64,000 nt of DNA from Oopsacas minuta (GCA_024704765.1 JAKMXF010000343.1:1079349-1143348); one strand, 5' to 3'; positions 1 through 13,510 are shown, numbered from the stretch's first letter. Notes: a model not told the origin generated them from the letters alone. A program made the numbers and translations.

Positions 1-1357
1 TCAACACTTGGAGCAGAATCTACTCTTATTGTCTGTATGCGTTTCATCGATAACGATTGCATAAAGGAAGAATTGCTTTTCGTTGATTATTTTGAATGTC
101 GTTGCACTGGACAAGATATCTCCAAGATGGTAGATCCTATTTTGACTCACATCAGATTAGTTTAAGCCAAGTTGTTAGTGTTAGTACAGATGGAGCTAGA
201 AATATGACTGGTAGAGATACTGGATTCTGGGGATGTTTTAAAAAGGGAAGTACCGCAGTGCAGTTTTATCCATTGTATGCTTCATAAACAGGTGCTAGCT
301 GCTAAAAATCTCCAGCCTGAACTCCATGAAACACTTAACCTTGTCATCAAAGTTGTGAACTTTGTCAAATCAAGTCCTTTGAACGAACGTATACCAAAAA
401 AACTATGTGAAGATTCTGAAGCAGAACATGACGTCCTCCTTTTCCACACAGAAGTTCGCTGGCTTAGTAGAGGAAAAGCTCTTGAACGAGTATATTCTAT
501 TTATGATCAGTTATGTGAATTTCTAGATCAGAAACATTTCTTCGAGACAGAAGAGTTTTCATCGATCTATTTCAAACTGAAATTAGCTTATCTTACTGAA
601 ATCTTCTCTTACTATAACCTGAGTAATCTTAGGTTGCAGGGAGATGGGATTTTTCTTCAAGCGGCTATAGAAAATGTGACTATATTTCAAAATAAGTTGA
701 AATTCTTTCGTTTACGCATACTGAGCAACCAATGGAACATGTTCCACGTGTAGAAGCAATTCTTTCTCTTTCACCACATCTTGAATTTAAATTTACTCCC
801 CTTGTCGAAGAACATTTGATGAATCTAGTTACTGATTTTTCCAATCGCTTTTCGGACGTTCCATCAATCCCTAAATACCTGCTAACCTCGTTGGATATGT
901 CACTGGAAGATATGATGGACTTAGACGACATCCTAGTAGACGAGTTGTTATATTTACAGGCAAATGAGGAGGCAAAAGCTAAATATTCTTGTGCTAACAA
1001 AACAAAATTCTGGTTTTTAGTGAAGGGGATAGCACAAAATATTTTCAAAACAGCTGAAAGATTGCTTTTGCTTCCATTTCAAACAACACATTTTTTGTGA
1101 GAAAACGTTTTCTTCAGCAGATTTTCTTAGGTCAAAACACCGCAGGCGACTTGACTTCAGGGAAGATTTAAGGATATCAGCATCAAGTTATAGTTCAGAT
1201 ATTGAAATATTAGCATCTAATAAGCAATTACAAGGTTCACATTAATTACTGTTAATTTGAATTAAAAAAACTAATTCCAAAGTATTTGGGGAGAGGGGGG
1301 ACCAAAAGGGAGAGTAAACTTCATGGGGGGAAGGCCAGAAAAGGTTGAGAACTACTG
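1..1357 (+). mobile_element. hAT (Buster/Charlie-type, ZBED5/FAM200-like) DNA transposon, 3' part, transposase broken by frameshifts and a stop
   Basis: ORF pieces 96-287, 277-753 and 732-1100 carry hAT motifs: STDGARNMTG, HCMLHKQVLA, LLFHTEVRWLSRGK, KLAYL. The reading ends QLQGSH* at 1245. The right TIR AGGTTGAGAACTACTG ends at 1357 and is followed by GTATACAT (NNNTANNN, Buster-type target site). The 5' end is outside the window. Confidence 0.9.
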
Positions 1358-2409
1358 GTATACATTACTGGTACAATCCAGTTTAATTTATTCGAATTTA
1401 TAGTCTAAATATATTTCCCAATTTCTGTTAGAGCCATTGTTTTGATAATTTGTTGATTCTACATGTTCCGTTTTCTTTTTAGCAGGGTACAATGGCAGAA
1501 ATATTCCTACACTTTATTTTACATTTTTGCATTACCTATGTTAGTTGTTTCAATTTATCGAATTTCCATAACTCATAGAAAATAATGTCCAATAATGTAA
1601 TATTTATCTCCCTGGGGTGAGGAAGCTCGGAACTTTCTCTAACATTACATAATTTCTGAAAAAAAGAACCATTTCTTCTATGTAATTGGCAGGATCAAAA
1701 TTTTTACCCTAAGATTCGGACGTGTTTGAGGTTGAAGCATGATTCCGAAATTTTAACGTAGACCTAGAGCCCTTTAGTGGCTATCGAACCAAACCGCCTA
1801 TATAATTCTCCTTGGGAGCGTTACATAATCTTTATGGTATATTTAATCTATTTAATGCATTCATTAGACAATATTCTAGCGTATATCTTCAAATATTTGT
1901 TTCATGGTGATAAATTGCCTCTAAGGTGATCATTGCCTGAGCCGTATTTCAGGTACCAAGAAACCCCAACTCCCTGAGACTTGCTCTCAACAGGCATATA
2001 GGAGGTAATCGAGTACCGTGACTCCGAATTTCGCATTTTCAAGTTTCTCATATATAAATTTAGTGTTCTATTTATGAACATAAAGTATATTATAAGTTAT
2101 CTCTAATATAAGTACGTGAAAATTTAATCAGCACAATATACAATGAACGAACTAATTCATGATATGAGAGATAAATAATGCAGTAAGAAAGACAGGTAAA
2201 ATCGGAGAACTTTGTTCAATTTTGTTCAATCAGTGCCTGTTTCTCGTCAAGACAGTGTAAATATTGTGAATTTAAGGGAGATAGAATAAACCAATATAGT
2301 TGTCGATATAACAAAGAGTATTTGCCCATCAGATAGTGTAGGGAATAGAAAATAGGTTCGAACTGAAGAGAAATCCTAGGACATCAAATATTGAAGAAAT
2401 TTGGTCAAT

Positions 2410-2831
2410 AGAGCCCAAAGAAATCATTAGACATCTTCACATTTATCCTGAAATAAAGGAAGTAATAGAGAGCAAAGGAAAAATCAATCAAGAGAGCTTA
2501 AGAAATTGTGTATTCCAAAGCAGTGAACAGACATCAGATTGTGACGTAAATCGGATAAAGAGACCACATAAATAGTCAGTCATCTACATATTTGTCCTGA
2601 AATATAGGAAGTAACATAGAGCAGAGGATATAATCAGTCAAGGGGGCTTGCTTTAGCAATTGTGACACTCCAACAAAGTCAACAGACACCAAATAGTGAC
2701 CTAATTCGTCTAAAGTGCCCAGATAATTCATCAGACATCTCCCATTTGACATGAAATAGAGGAAGTAATAGAGAGCAAAGGATATAATCAATCAAGAGAG
2801 CTTATTTCAGAAATTGTGCATTCCAAAGAAG
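2410..2831. repeat. Three diverged tandem copies of an approximately 150-bp unit
   Basis: The core GAAATA(A/T/G)AGGAAGTAA(T/C)A(G/T)AGAGCA(A/G)AGGA..AATCA(A/G)TCAAG recurs at about 2451, 2599 and 2753 (periods about 148 and 154 bp). Confidence 0.7.
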
Positions 2832-4051
2832 CAGGAACGTTGCCACCAGATTTTACCTGGGGGGGGCAAGAAATTACCAGGGGGGCACGAAGTTTCCAAG
2901 GGGCAGGGCGATGGGCAAGGTGTTTCACGGGTTTAGCAGCAGCATACCCAGTGGCGGATCAATAAATTTTTAGTTAGGTAGAACCATCCAGCAGTGCAGT
3001 TGCATCGTGTGACTTTGATATATGGGGGGCACACATTCAATCTGGTTGTCAACAAGTTCTAGATGTTTCCTACCAGATTGAATTTGGTAGCCCAGATTTC
3101 AAAGCCTTTGGGCGCTGTAAGCAACCAGTAAGGTCCAAGAGCCAAACAAATTGAAAGAAATAACGTTTGGTCTGCAATTTCCCCAGAAAGTTGTTTTTTT
3201 CTGGTCGAGTAATGAGTAACTCGGAGAATATTTGGGGGCCCCCAGTCACATAAGCACGACGCTACTGCAGCTGGGGGTTTGATGTGCTGTAGGTCTTCCA
3301 GTCGTGACGTGGCGTAACCCTTGGACAATAAGTTATAATAGCTACTACATTGATTACCTTTGCCAGTACGTGGCAGTCCACATAGGTTTGAATCTTGAAA
3401 CAATTTATCCTAACTGCGTAATACACATTTGGCTTAATTATTTTCCGATTGGCTTTGTGCTTTGCGTATATGAATAAGATGGATACATTTCAGGGTACTC
3501 CCCAGGAATTTGTTAAGGTGTATCGGTTTATGTGTTATGTTTCTGGAGGAATTTTCACCAGCCATAGCTCAATTCCAAAGTTATATTTTAGGATTAAATA
3601 GTGAAATCTTTAAACAAACAACGAGAAGTTATCAATAATCATTTTATCAATGGAGGGATCGGCCGAAAGTCGTACGATAATCCCTGATGATATTATAACT
3701 TGTATAATCAATTCTAGATTGACTGTGCCGACTATACTTTAGTATAGTGTCCCAGTATTGAAATTGGTGCCTATAATTTCTTTAACAACTGAAGGTATAC
3801 CGGTCCGATACGCCAAAACGGCCTGGGGAAAACACTGCACTTGCTCAGGGTATAAACATTCAAAAATATTACCTAATTCGATAGATCAATACAAGCTATA
3901 TCCCTTATTTAGGAGTGAGATTAAATAATATTGAGCATAAGATGTGAGCCCTAAATTTTCCAGTTTGCAATTTAAGCCAAGGGGTCCGGTAGCATGCCCC
4001 GGGTCACAAGTTTACCAGGGGGCATTGCCACCCACTCTGGCGGAGGCCCTG
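2832..4051. mobile_element. Old non-autonomous hAT-like element (CAGG termini)
   Basis: Starts CAGGAACGTTGCCACCAGA and ends TCTGGCGGAGGCCCTG. It is flanked by an 8-bp near-duplication CAAAGAAG (2824-2831) / TAAAGAAG (4052-4059). Subterminal runs are GC-rich; no transposase ORF. Confidence 0.5.
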
Positions 4052-5250
4052 TAAAGAAGTAATTATGCCCAAGATAGTTACATAATTAGTTTCCCGGTGG
4101 TTATTTATCCTGGTGAAATCATAAGATATCAGAGATTAACTCACCTTATTTGCTTACGATTTAATTGATGTTCTAATAGCCTCTAGCTTTGTGCTCCATT
4201 TTTGGCAATTTGTAATTTTCTTATCCAATATTTCTTGCATACTATCCCATCTATGGATTGTAACCTACGAGTTTACTTGTGGCACCATTATGACTTAACT
4301 TGGCTCTATTTCAATAATTTTTCAATTGCATTCGCAAAAATCTATATACCTGTGTCGCCTACCATCGAAACATTCGATTTAGTAGCTTTTATTCTTGCAT
4401 GATTATAATGTATCGTAACATTACAACCAGATATTGACCCAACCACTATTGAATAAAAATGTACCTCAGGTACCCATACTCCAAAATAGTTACATGAGCA
4501 ACAGGCAAATTGAGTAATGCATATATTTAAACGAGTGTGAAGTTAGTTTCGTGAATGTGAACAAAATATTTCTTCCCGTGACATTTAGAATACATGATGG
4601 TCGACGGTAGGTAAAATTAATAGCTTAAAGCACTACCTTGCTTAATTAGACATAAATATTTCTGACTTTCCAAGACTCGTTACGTCTCACACTGGATTAT
4701 TAACTTAGTCAATCTTCTATCAGTTGGAAAAGCTGAAAGAAGGAGGTGTAACCAATCCAGCCGCCGTATTCACTAAGCATACTTAGTACTTAAGTACTAA
4801 GTACGTACTTAAGTACTAAGTATGTACTTAGTTAAGTACGTACTTAAGTCGTATTCACTAAGAGTTAAGTACGTACTTGAGTATGTACTTAACTAAGTAC
4901 ATACTTAAGTATCACTTATATTCATGAATTTGTGAGTTTCTGATGGATTGCTTTACAGAATTACTTTCAATCATTCAGGAATATATTTTCAAAAATTTCA
5001 TGGTTTATGCATGATCTCACGATAATATTGTGGTTTACGTTCATGAAATACTTCACAAATAATGTTACAAGGAATTCCTCGAACGCTTATGATATAACAT
5101 ATCTGTTACTAAGGAATGCATTACTTTGTATGTAATGTTAAATACTATCATTCTGAATTATACATTCCAAGTTACACTAATGACTGTTTTGCTAAATACA
5201 ATTATGATCAAATATAATATATAAATATTCCAGTATTTTAATATAAACAA

Positions 5251-6296
5251 ATGGCACAGATGATTCCACTATTTCTCGCAGAAGAAGAACCCTCTTCCTC
5301 AATGGCACGTCAACGAGTTTTCAGGGATCTCAATGATCCCCTAGATTGTTATGATGATATGGAACTTGTTCGACGTTTCCGTTTCTCTAGAGTTTCAATA
5401 TCTAAAATTGCAGAGTTGATAGCTAACTATTTGAATTTCACCGAGCGTTCTTGTGCTGCTTCCCCTCACTTGCAAGTTGGTGTGGCACTTCAATTTTTCG
5501 CTTCTGGAACGTTCCAGATAATTTGTGGAGATGGGATAAACGTAAGCCAAGCTTCTGCCTCTCGTTATATCCGAGATGTTTCTCTGGGTTTGCAAGCTAT
5601 ATACCATCAGTTTGTTAGTTTGCCTGCTGGTCTCAAGAGGGTAGAAGTCAAAAACAAGTTTTATGAAATTGCTCACTTTCTAGGCGTAGTAGGATTAGTT
5701 GACGGAACACACATACGAATCCAAAGACCCTCGGAAAATGAAGCAGATTATATAAATCGGCATTTTTACCACTCAATTAATGTCCAGGCTATTTGCCAAC
5801 CAGATGGAATGTTTAGTGATGTATTGGCATGTTTTCCTGGGTCTGTTCACGATTCACGGATTTGGAAGAATTCAGGTGTTGGGATGCATGTTGAAATACC
5901 TTTTCAATAGGGGAGCATATATTAGGAGATAGCGGTTACATGATGAGGCCATATTTACTCACTCCTTATCGCCAACCAATATCTACTCCCCAATTTAACT
6001 ACAACTATGCACATAAGAGGACAAGGGTTATTGTTGAACAGACATTTGGGCGATGGAAACGAAGATTCCACTGTCTTTATGGAAAGCTCAGGATGAGTCC
6101 AGATAAAGTTTGTTCCATCATAGTTGCTTGTGCAGTATAGCATAACATAGCAATACAGTGGAAACAACCTCTCTTAGAAGATGAAGTCTCCGATGATTCC
6201 TATCCGGATGATGTTCTTGACTTTGAAGAAACTGTTGGGCATTTGGCATCAAAGCATTACAGGGATCAATTTTCTATTCATAATTTCAGCAACTAA
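5251..6296 (+). pseudogene. Harbinger (HARBI1-like) DDE transposase pseudogene
   Basis: Motifs RRFRFSR, LQFFASGTF, GLVDGTHIRI, HSINVQAIC, FPGSVHDSRIW, then LGDSGY and RVIVEQTFGRWKRRF. One 1-bp frameshift near 5893 (GAAATACC) and one nonsense codon TAG at 6138-6140 (VLHNIA context). The natural stop is TAA at 6294-6296. Confidence 0.9.
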
Positions 6297-6374
6297 ATTC
6301 ACATAGCATATATGTTGTGATGTAGATATGGAAACATTTTGCACAGTTAATGATTATAAGGTAACATGGAAATT

Positions 6375-6488
6375 GTAGTTTTGAAACATCTAAGTAGGGT
6401 GTTGGTCTTTGTAGTTTTGAAACATCCAAGTAGGGTGTGGGTCTTCGTAGTTTTGAAACATCTAAGTAGGATGTTGGTCTTTGTAGTT
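6375..6488. repeat. 3 x 36-bp tandem repeat between the two Harbinger genes
   Basis: Unit GTAGTTTTGAAACATCTAAGTAGGGTGTTGGTCTTT at 6375-6410, 6411-6446 and 6447-6482, plus a partial copy; 2-3 mismatches per unit and no spacers. Confidence 0.9.
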
Positions 6489-6550
6489 GGGATATTTATT
6501 TGTGAAATGTATCAAGTATCGCACTTGAATTGGGAGCTAGTTGTTGCATT

Positions 6551-7323
6551 ATGAAAACTATAAATTGGTGGCGGTTATTGATATTCCAAAGAAAGAGTAT
6601 GGACAAGGTCGCAAAGTAAATTGGAAAAGGAGGAGGAGTATACACTCATTGAGGCAATCCAGGATGCTGGAGATATATTGAGAGGTACTGCTGGTCATTG
6701 CGCGGAGATAAACAAAAAAAAAGACAAGGCTTTGGAACAATGTTATGAGGAAAATCAATTCCATCCATGGCAACTACCGAGATGTGAAAGATATTAAGAA
6801 GAAGTGGAACAATCTAAAAGGTTCCGCAAAAGCCCGTGTGGATTCCAATCGAAGGGAAGCGAGGAGGACAGGAGGAGGGCCAAATGAAGCTGGTGAAGTG
6901 GAGGATGAAGACATCCGGATCCTTAGCTCCGACAGGGAAATATCCACATCTGTGACGGAGAGAGTATCACTGATGTTCTCAAGTACGCCAGCGTTCTCTG
7001 GAATATGTGGTAGTGTTGATATGTTTCAAGCCCCAACAACATTGCCTTCACACACTGAGATTAGCGAAAGCAGAGAAGTAACACCAGTGTTTGAGGGACC
7101 AGAAGTTACTGTAGTTAACAGTCGTCCAGAGGGAAGGCGTAGGCGTAAGAGGAGCATCGAACAGTCAACAAAGGTCTCTGATTTACTTCCTCTGCAAAGA
7201 GAAGTGCTCCTTAAACAGGTGGAAGTATTCTTGGCTCAACTACAGCTGATTGAAGAGCAGAGGGAGTATTATCGTCATAAAAAGCAGAGACTTTTAGAAA
7301 AAGATCAACAGCAGCAGCTTTAG
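6551..7323 (+). pseudogene. Harbinger Myb/SANT-like DNA-binding protein (second ORF), frameshifted at its 5' end
   Basis: Restoring two frameshifts in A-runs gives RKVNWKKEEEYTLIEAI...INKKKRQ.WNNVMRKINSIHGNYRDVKDIKKKWNNLKGSAK (Myb/SANT Trp pattern), followed by a C-terminal coiled-coil-like tail. The true start is uncertain. Confidence 0.8.
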
Positions 7324-8449
7324 ATATACGATTTAGTCACATTGTAACATCATACAAAATCATAATTTATAGTGAAAGTATGAATTAATCAAAGAAAACG
7401 AGTGATTGAAGTGATTACATCAATGTTATCGATAAATATAATATGTTTGGAAACTTAAAATAGAGCTTGAATAACTTAAGCAACCTCGGTAGGTTACTTA
7501 ACTTTTGTACTTAAGTACATACTTAAGTATAAGCTTAAATCTTAGTGAATACCAATCTTAGTGAATACGGTTTAAGTATGTACTTAGACTTAAGTACTAA
7601 GTACATACTTAAGTACTAAGTACATACTTGAGTATGCTTAGTGAATACGGCCCCAGAATACAAAATACAAAAATGAAACTTCATTATTTAATGCCTCTGA
7701 ATCGAGTAAAAAAAGAAAGAATAATATGGGAATTTTAGTAGAGCTGTACCTGATATTAAGTTACACTCCGTTTTCAGACATACTGCCCTGATATTTTACG
7801 TAATTGTATATCACAGTAAGAAAAATAATTTGTATTAAAATTAAAGAAATATAATGGTAGTTTCACTTATGTTCAATAGTAATTAGAGAACTTTGGCATC
7901 CAATTTCAAAATGCGAAGTGTCAGAATATTCTTTCTGAAACAGGATAGCTGGGCAGGGATTCGGGAATAAACGGAGAGAAACTTTAATCCTGGACAACCA
8001 TGGTATTGAGTAGAATTATACACACATTAACCACAGGATGTAACTGTAAGTAAACATGAAATGTATTTGTTGGGGAAATAGGGGGAAATAAAAGAATTTA
8101 CAGCCATGGATAAAGTAAACTCATCTCACAATGATTACTAAAAGGCTTACAGCCATATTTGTCACATTCATGACTATATAGTTGCTTGAGAAAGATGGGA
8201 AGATATTCTTCCCTTTTGAGAATGATAGCTCAGCAAAAGTATGTCTTTAGCATTCTTTTAGATATGATGTCTTGTGCTCACTTTGTCTTATGACAAGGCA
8301 CAATCATTATTTGTGTCTTTATACTGGTACTAGATTGCACATATTGTGTAGACAAGTATCAGTGTGGCTTATAATGACCAAGAATAAGCAAAATGACATC
8401 ACAAAGATAGTGCTCAAATTGTTTCCATAGTCAGATCGCTCAAAATGGA

Positions 8450-8990
8450 TTATGCTGTTTTCGGTCGTACAGTACTTCAATATCAACTGACGTCTCAACT
8501 AGTTGTGAAATGAAATCGACTAATCAATCTGACTGTAAGTGCTTGAAGTAAAGTCTTGGGATAATCACCTTGCCTATGTGATGCGGTGCGTTGTCTTGTA
8601 TGTGCTATGCACCTTTCTTTCGTGTATTTGTGTAAAGCTCCTCCACAAAGTTAGGAAAGGCTCAAAATTTCTGAAATTTATGTTAGTGAAATTCGCCTTG
8701 TATTAACTCGAATTAGAGGCCCTATTTTTATCATCAATACGTCCCTAAAGCATAACCGAAGCCCCACCTCCATTAATGATTTTTGGGGACATTGAAGGAG
8801 ATATCTTTAGACTTTTCTTGCCAAACAATTTTTCGACCATCACAGCCAAATATACTGAACATTGTTTCGTCAGAAAATATTCCATGTTTCCAACTACTAA
8901 GATTCACGATGTGTGTTTGAAATATATAGCTAACCCCTTCTGATTTTTCTGTGAAATTAAGGACTTTTCGCAATCCATACGAGTCCGATA
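8450..8990 (-). pseudogene. Decayed Tc1-like transposase remnant
   Basis: Minus-strand fragments IFSDETMF..DGRKIVW (8773-8973 ORF), GGGASVML(W)GRI near 8760 and IQDNAPHH near 8590. No TIRs located. Confidence 0.6.
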
Positions 8991-11900
8991 ACCATAACCT
9001 TCCGGGTTGAAAAGATGAGTCAGAGTTCTCAAATTAGAGGTTCGATTTCATTTAACAATCGACTCGTGCTGGCGTTTACTTCGTTATGCTATTCAACTTG
9101 GACGTCTAGTTGATGGAAGATTTTTTATTATCCCAGGAGTTTCCATTTCAGTAGGGTGTAATGAAGATTGGAACAATTTATCATTAATAACTGGGAATAT
9201 TTTGGATACCACTTCGCCCTTTATTCCATCCGACGGCTACCTCACGAAGAGAGGTGGAAATTTCCCATATTTTAGCATAAAAGCTAAAACGATGAATGAA
9301 AGGGAATTAACTATGCAAACATGCTGACACCAAGTCTTCAAATATATATTATTTTTTCTCACATAAAAACTATGGTTAAACTAGAGATACTAGTTTTTCA
9401 TATATGGGCAGAACATGTACAAAAATCTCTCTGCAAGAATTTCAAATACTTTTTGCCCACTTAAAGTAAACTGGAATGATTTAAGTATAACTTGTTTTCT
9501 ACTTTGTTCTCGTTTCAGGGGATATGCACTAACCCGGAAAAAGTAACTCAACTATACAAAATATACAATAATATCATGACTATAGGCAAAAATAATTGCA
9601 ATTCATATGATTTGATGCCTGAAAGAACTATTGGACAATGTTAGTTTCATCGTTTCAGACTAAATATAGGAAGATTTCTTAAATTATATATTATGAAGCC
9701 ACACTTTGCTCATTAAATAGATCATGAGCTTATTTATTATTTGAAAACTAATTACATAAATATATAAGTGCCGCAATTCGGATGGTAGATAATTCCAGTG
9801 ATCTGAATTAACCCACCATGAATATTTCGAATTGTTTAAATCAAATATTGTTGAGTTGTTAGCATTATTATGTTTGTGCTACTTGTGGCAGAAGTGGCAC
9901 ATCAAAATTGTCTGCTCCACTTAAGATGTGGGGTTATGTTTGCCAAAATCAGCTTTATTTCCAACTATACAAACTATTACATGTAAGTTTAGAGAACCTC
10001 AATTGATCTTCATATTATATCGCATTCCAGTTAAGTGCCTCTTCTGCTACATATGTCTCAAACATTAAAACGCTAACAAATCAATAAGATTTACTCTAAA
10101 CAACCCTAAATATTCTTACTGAGGTAATACAGATCTGTAGAATCCAAATCTGCTATCAGAGTTGCGGAATCCAAGGCTGTTCTACAGGAATAATATTGCA
10201 ATAGGGGCTATCGACCACATTGACTCCGAAAATATATTCAGTTTCTCTTCATTACCTCTTTTTTGACAAATCGTCGTTGTAAATTTTGCTTGTTTTATCT
10301 CTATTTAATTGGAGATTTCTTCTATGACCCTAGGAATTCGATACTTATACCAGGGGTGTAGTGGAAAGGGTACGCAGGGGATACCATCCCCCACTAATTT
10401 AGCCCAGACATATTTGTTTTGAAAGAATTAATAAATCCAATGGGTACCTTGTGGGAAAAAGGAATTCCAGGCAATTTCCATGGGAAATCTCACATGGAAA
10501 TTTCCACATAGAATACTGTTAGATAGAGATGGGAATGGGAATCAAAATTTCATTCAGACGCCAACCATGGTGGGATATCACATATGATATACGAGTTGTA
10601 TTTTAGTGCTCCTATAGGGAGATGCCCTAATGGTATAGATGTGCGACGAACGTACGTATATACGTCCTCGCGGCCCTGCGATAGCGCTCGGTTAGCATGA
10701 AAATTAGTACACATATACATAATATGTCTGAGTATTGTTACTCTGGCATTGATTTTTTCTATCTTGAAATGGTTACAATTTTGGTAATTGACTATATTTC
10801 ACATCTTTCCACGTAAAATTCCTTAGCATGCTAAAGATTTGGTTCCAACAGGTTGTCAGTGGTAATTTGGTACCTAGAGTTTGAGAGTTACTAATCCACA
10901 GAATATTGATATAATCATATTTTCACACCTTTTGCTAACTTGTATATTAAAGTGATGGTAGAATATTTTGTATTACAAACTCTACTATTTTATAGCTCCG
11001 CTATGTCGTATGGAATTCTTTCAAATTTTTATCTTCATGATTATTGTTTAATCATATTTTTTACGTCTATTTCAAAATGATTCTAGAAAGTTCGGTTTAA
11101 CTCTGTCAGAGGTAATCGAGTGGAAATTTTCAAATCACACACTCAATGGATAATTATTCATGGTATTAATTAGAATATTATACATTTTTGCGTATATTTC
11201 AAATTGATGCGAGAGATTTCGTCTCAATAGTTAGACAAGGAGGGCCAGGGGGAAATGGCCCCTAATAAGCACACAAACAATTAACCCTGAGTTGCACTAC
11301 CAGTATGTCGGCAGGTCATTTTGATTTCAATGGGTATTTGGCTAAGTGAGCTTCCTATACTAATTTTCCAGGACTACACCCATGTTTATACCACATATAT
11401 GTGTTCTATGCTAATTCTTTCGACAAGTGCTACATTTTGGATTTTTGCTAAGCGATTAGGCATGACATTCAAGCAATTAGAATTTCTATGCCTCCTGCTA
11501 ACCTTATCGTATCAATTTTCCACACCTACCTATTATCTCTTTAAAACATGCTAATAGTTGCCTAATAATTGTTCTGAATAACTATAGTAAACTGGTTGAG
11601 TATTTCCAGAGATAATACCATAAAACGGTACGCCATCCCAACATTACTTCACTGAAACGACAATATTCTGTTTGGCTAGCATTCTGAAGATATTTGTTAG
11701 GATATACATTGCCAATTATTGCAAGATTTCAAAAACACTAACGCGCTACTCGGTTGCGAACATCTCGAGCAACATGATACTGCCATAATCTTTTTATACT
11801 CGATTACCCCAGGATAACCATTGTAAGCATGTTTCTACCACAATTTTGAAATTTGTTTACTTTATGTTCCTAAAACAAAGAAATATTCATAATATGTCGT

Positions 11901-13259
11901 TCACAATATCATATTCTGAATCTGCGTACTCAATTACCCCAATACAATGTTGTTTTGCTGTTGTTATGTTGTGTAATATTAGGTTCTGGACTTTATGAAC
12001 TGAACTTATGTTTCTATATGGAAGCATGACAGGCGTACACAGACACAAATTGAGATTTCTTAATATTGATAAGACCCAAGTATGGAAAATGGGGCGGTTT
12101 ACAGTGGCGTAGTTCTATTGTAAGTGTGAAGTCACATGGCTAACATCTTAGATATTAATAGAATCACATGTTTATTAGAAAATATACATGTATTAAAAGT
12201 ATATTGATATACTTTATCGCAGAAGTTCTTTTCAATTTTACAACAACATTTTGGAGCTAATCAATTGGGGACCTTCAAACGTTACATAACTCAAAATTCC
12301 CTAAATTTTGACCCCTTCTCCTCTCTATGTCATGATTTTTCACTGTTTTGTAATTCAGAAAGAATAGACTGTCACACTTCGCATACCACCCCCTCCTCTT
12401 GTAGCGTTACATAACGTTTGAACGACCGTCTGTGTTTGTGTTTGTTCGTTGTCAAGCAATGATTTCTGGAATGCTATTTAATTCGAATTTCTCTATACTG
12501 AGATATCACACAACTATGTTTTTTCTTGTTTACAAAGAAAGTAAGCTTTATTCAATAAAATATGGCAAACTATATCGAATACGTATGCCGAATCTGATTT
12601 TCACACTTTCCAATTAATTATGTGTAAAAGTATGATTTTATAAATATCAAGATGTCAACAAAAACACTAGTATTCGCCAAGCCGCAGCGCGAGCAAGCTA
12701 ATCGTGCTTGTAATTATTTTATTATCTAGGAAAAATATGTGAATCAATTACATCGGCCCCGCTTTTACCGTTAGCACAGGGCCCTTGGTATGGTATCGTG
12801 TGAACTATAAATGAAAATCAATATCATTAACTAAGTTTCCTGTATTTTACAAATGAGGAGATCAGTATGTAAATATCAGTTTTTGCACTAGCTTTTCTTT
12901 TCGATTGTCTACTTCCAGCTTTTGAATGGCTTTTATACCCATGTTTCCCCATTCTTTTAATTTTTATTTCCCTTTTCCTGCTCACCTTAGAAAAACTTCT
13001 TGCAATTATTCATTGAATATCAGCCAATCAAAACTCTTGCCATTTCTTGTTGTGTTTTCGACTGCTTGCTACAGGTAAGTACCTCCTCATTCACTTCTCA
13101 GTGAAAGTTTCTTATTACTATTCACCATTTTAAAGCCCTGATATCCAATCACTAGCGTGTCCTCGATTTTGGAATTAATATCAAGCGATACAAGGATATT
13201 TATACATATAATGTAACATTTTGTAATTTTCAGTTGTCACGTTACTAAGTAATAATGAG

Positions 13260-13510
13260 ATACTACCATGGATGGTGCATATTTGTCATGATCCACTTAT
13301 AGCTCGATAGTCACTAGAGTGATGCTTAAATATTCCAGCCAATGTCTACTGCATACCTAACTTCCCATACCCATATAATATATTCTGATACCATTTGTCT
13401 ATTCAACATTACGCAATCGTGAATGGGCCCATATTTAATCGTTATCAAGAATAAGCAATACGAGGTATGATATCTTATCAAAATGTATTACAAGGATATG
13501 GTAAGTTTGG
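13260..13510. repeat. Central hairpin of a decayed copy of the palindromic element family also at 36000-36650, 56585-56950 and 58111-58841
   Basis: CATACCTAACTTCCCATACCCATATAATATATTCTGATA (about 13353) is inverted against TATCAAAATGTATTACAAGGATATGGTAAGTTTGGTAT (about 13476-13513). It matches the inner arm motif TATACCCGACTTTCCATACCCTGATAATACATT of the 58.4-kb copy. Confidence 0.5.

Larger units (their letters stand above)
4761..7653 (+). mobile_element. PIF/Harbinger DNA transposon, full-length two-gene structure, inactivated
   Basis: Inverted ends (CC)GCCGTATTCACTAAGCATACT ... AGTATGCTTAGTGAATACGGCCC. 3-bp CAG direct repeat at 4758-4760 and 7654-7656. Subterminal TACTTAAGTA-rich arrays at both ends. 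Contains a DDE transposase gene and a Myb/SANT gene in tandem. Confidence 0.92.

Noticed and set aside
4771-4920. Independent satellite or CRISPR-like array (also 7465-7645)
   Set aside because: The arrays are mirror images at the two ends of one Harbinger element, i.e. subterminal repeats.
6375-6488. CRISPR array (36-bp repeats)
   Set aside because: The units are directly abutting with no spacers, there are no cas genes, and the context is a eukaryotic transposon.
12930-13130. pogo/CENP-B HTH remnant on the minus strand (MVNSNKKLSL..SKTQQEMARV)
   Set aside because: Short, with multiple stops, no DDE portion and no TIRs located; plausible but unsupported.
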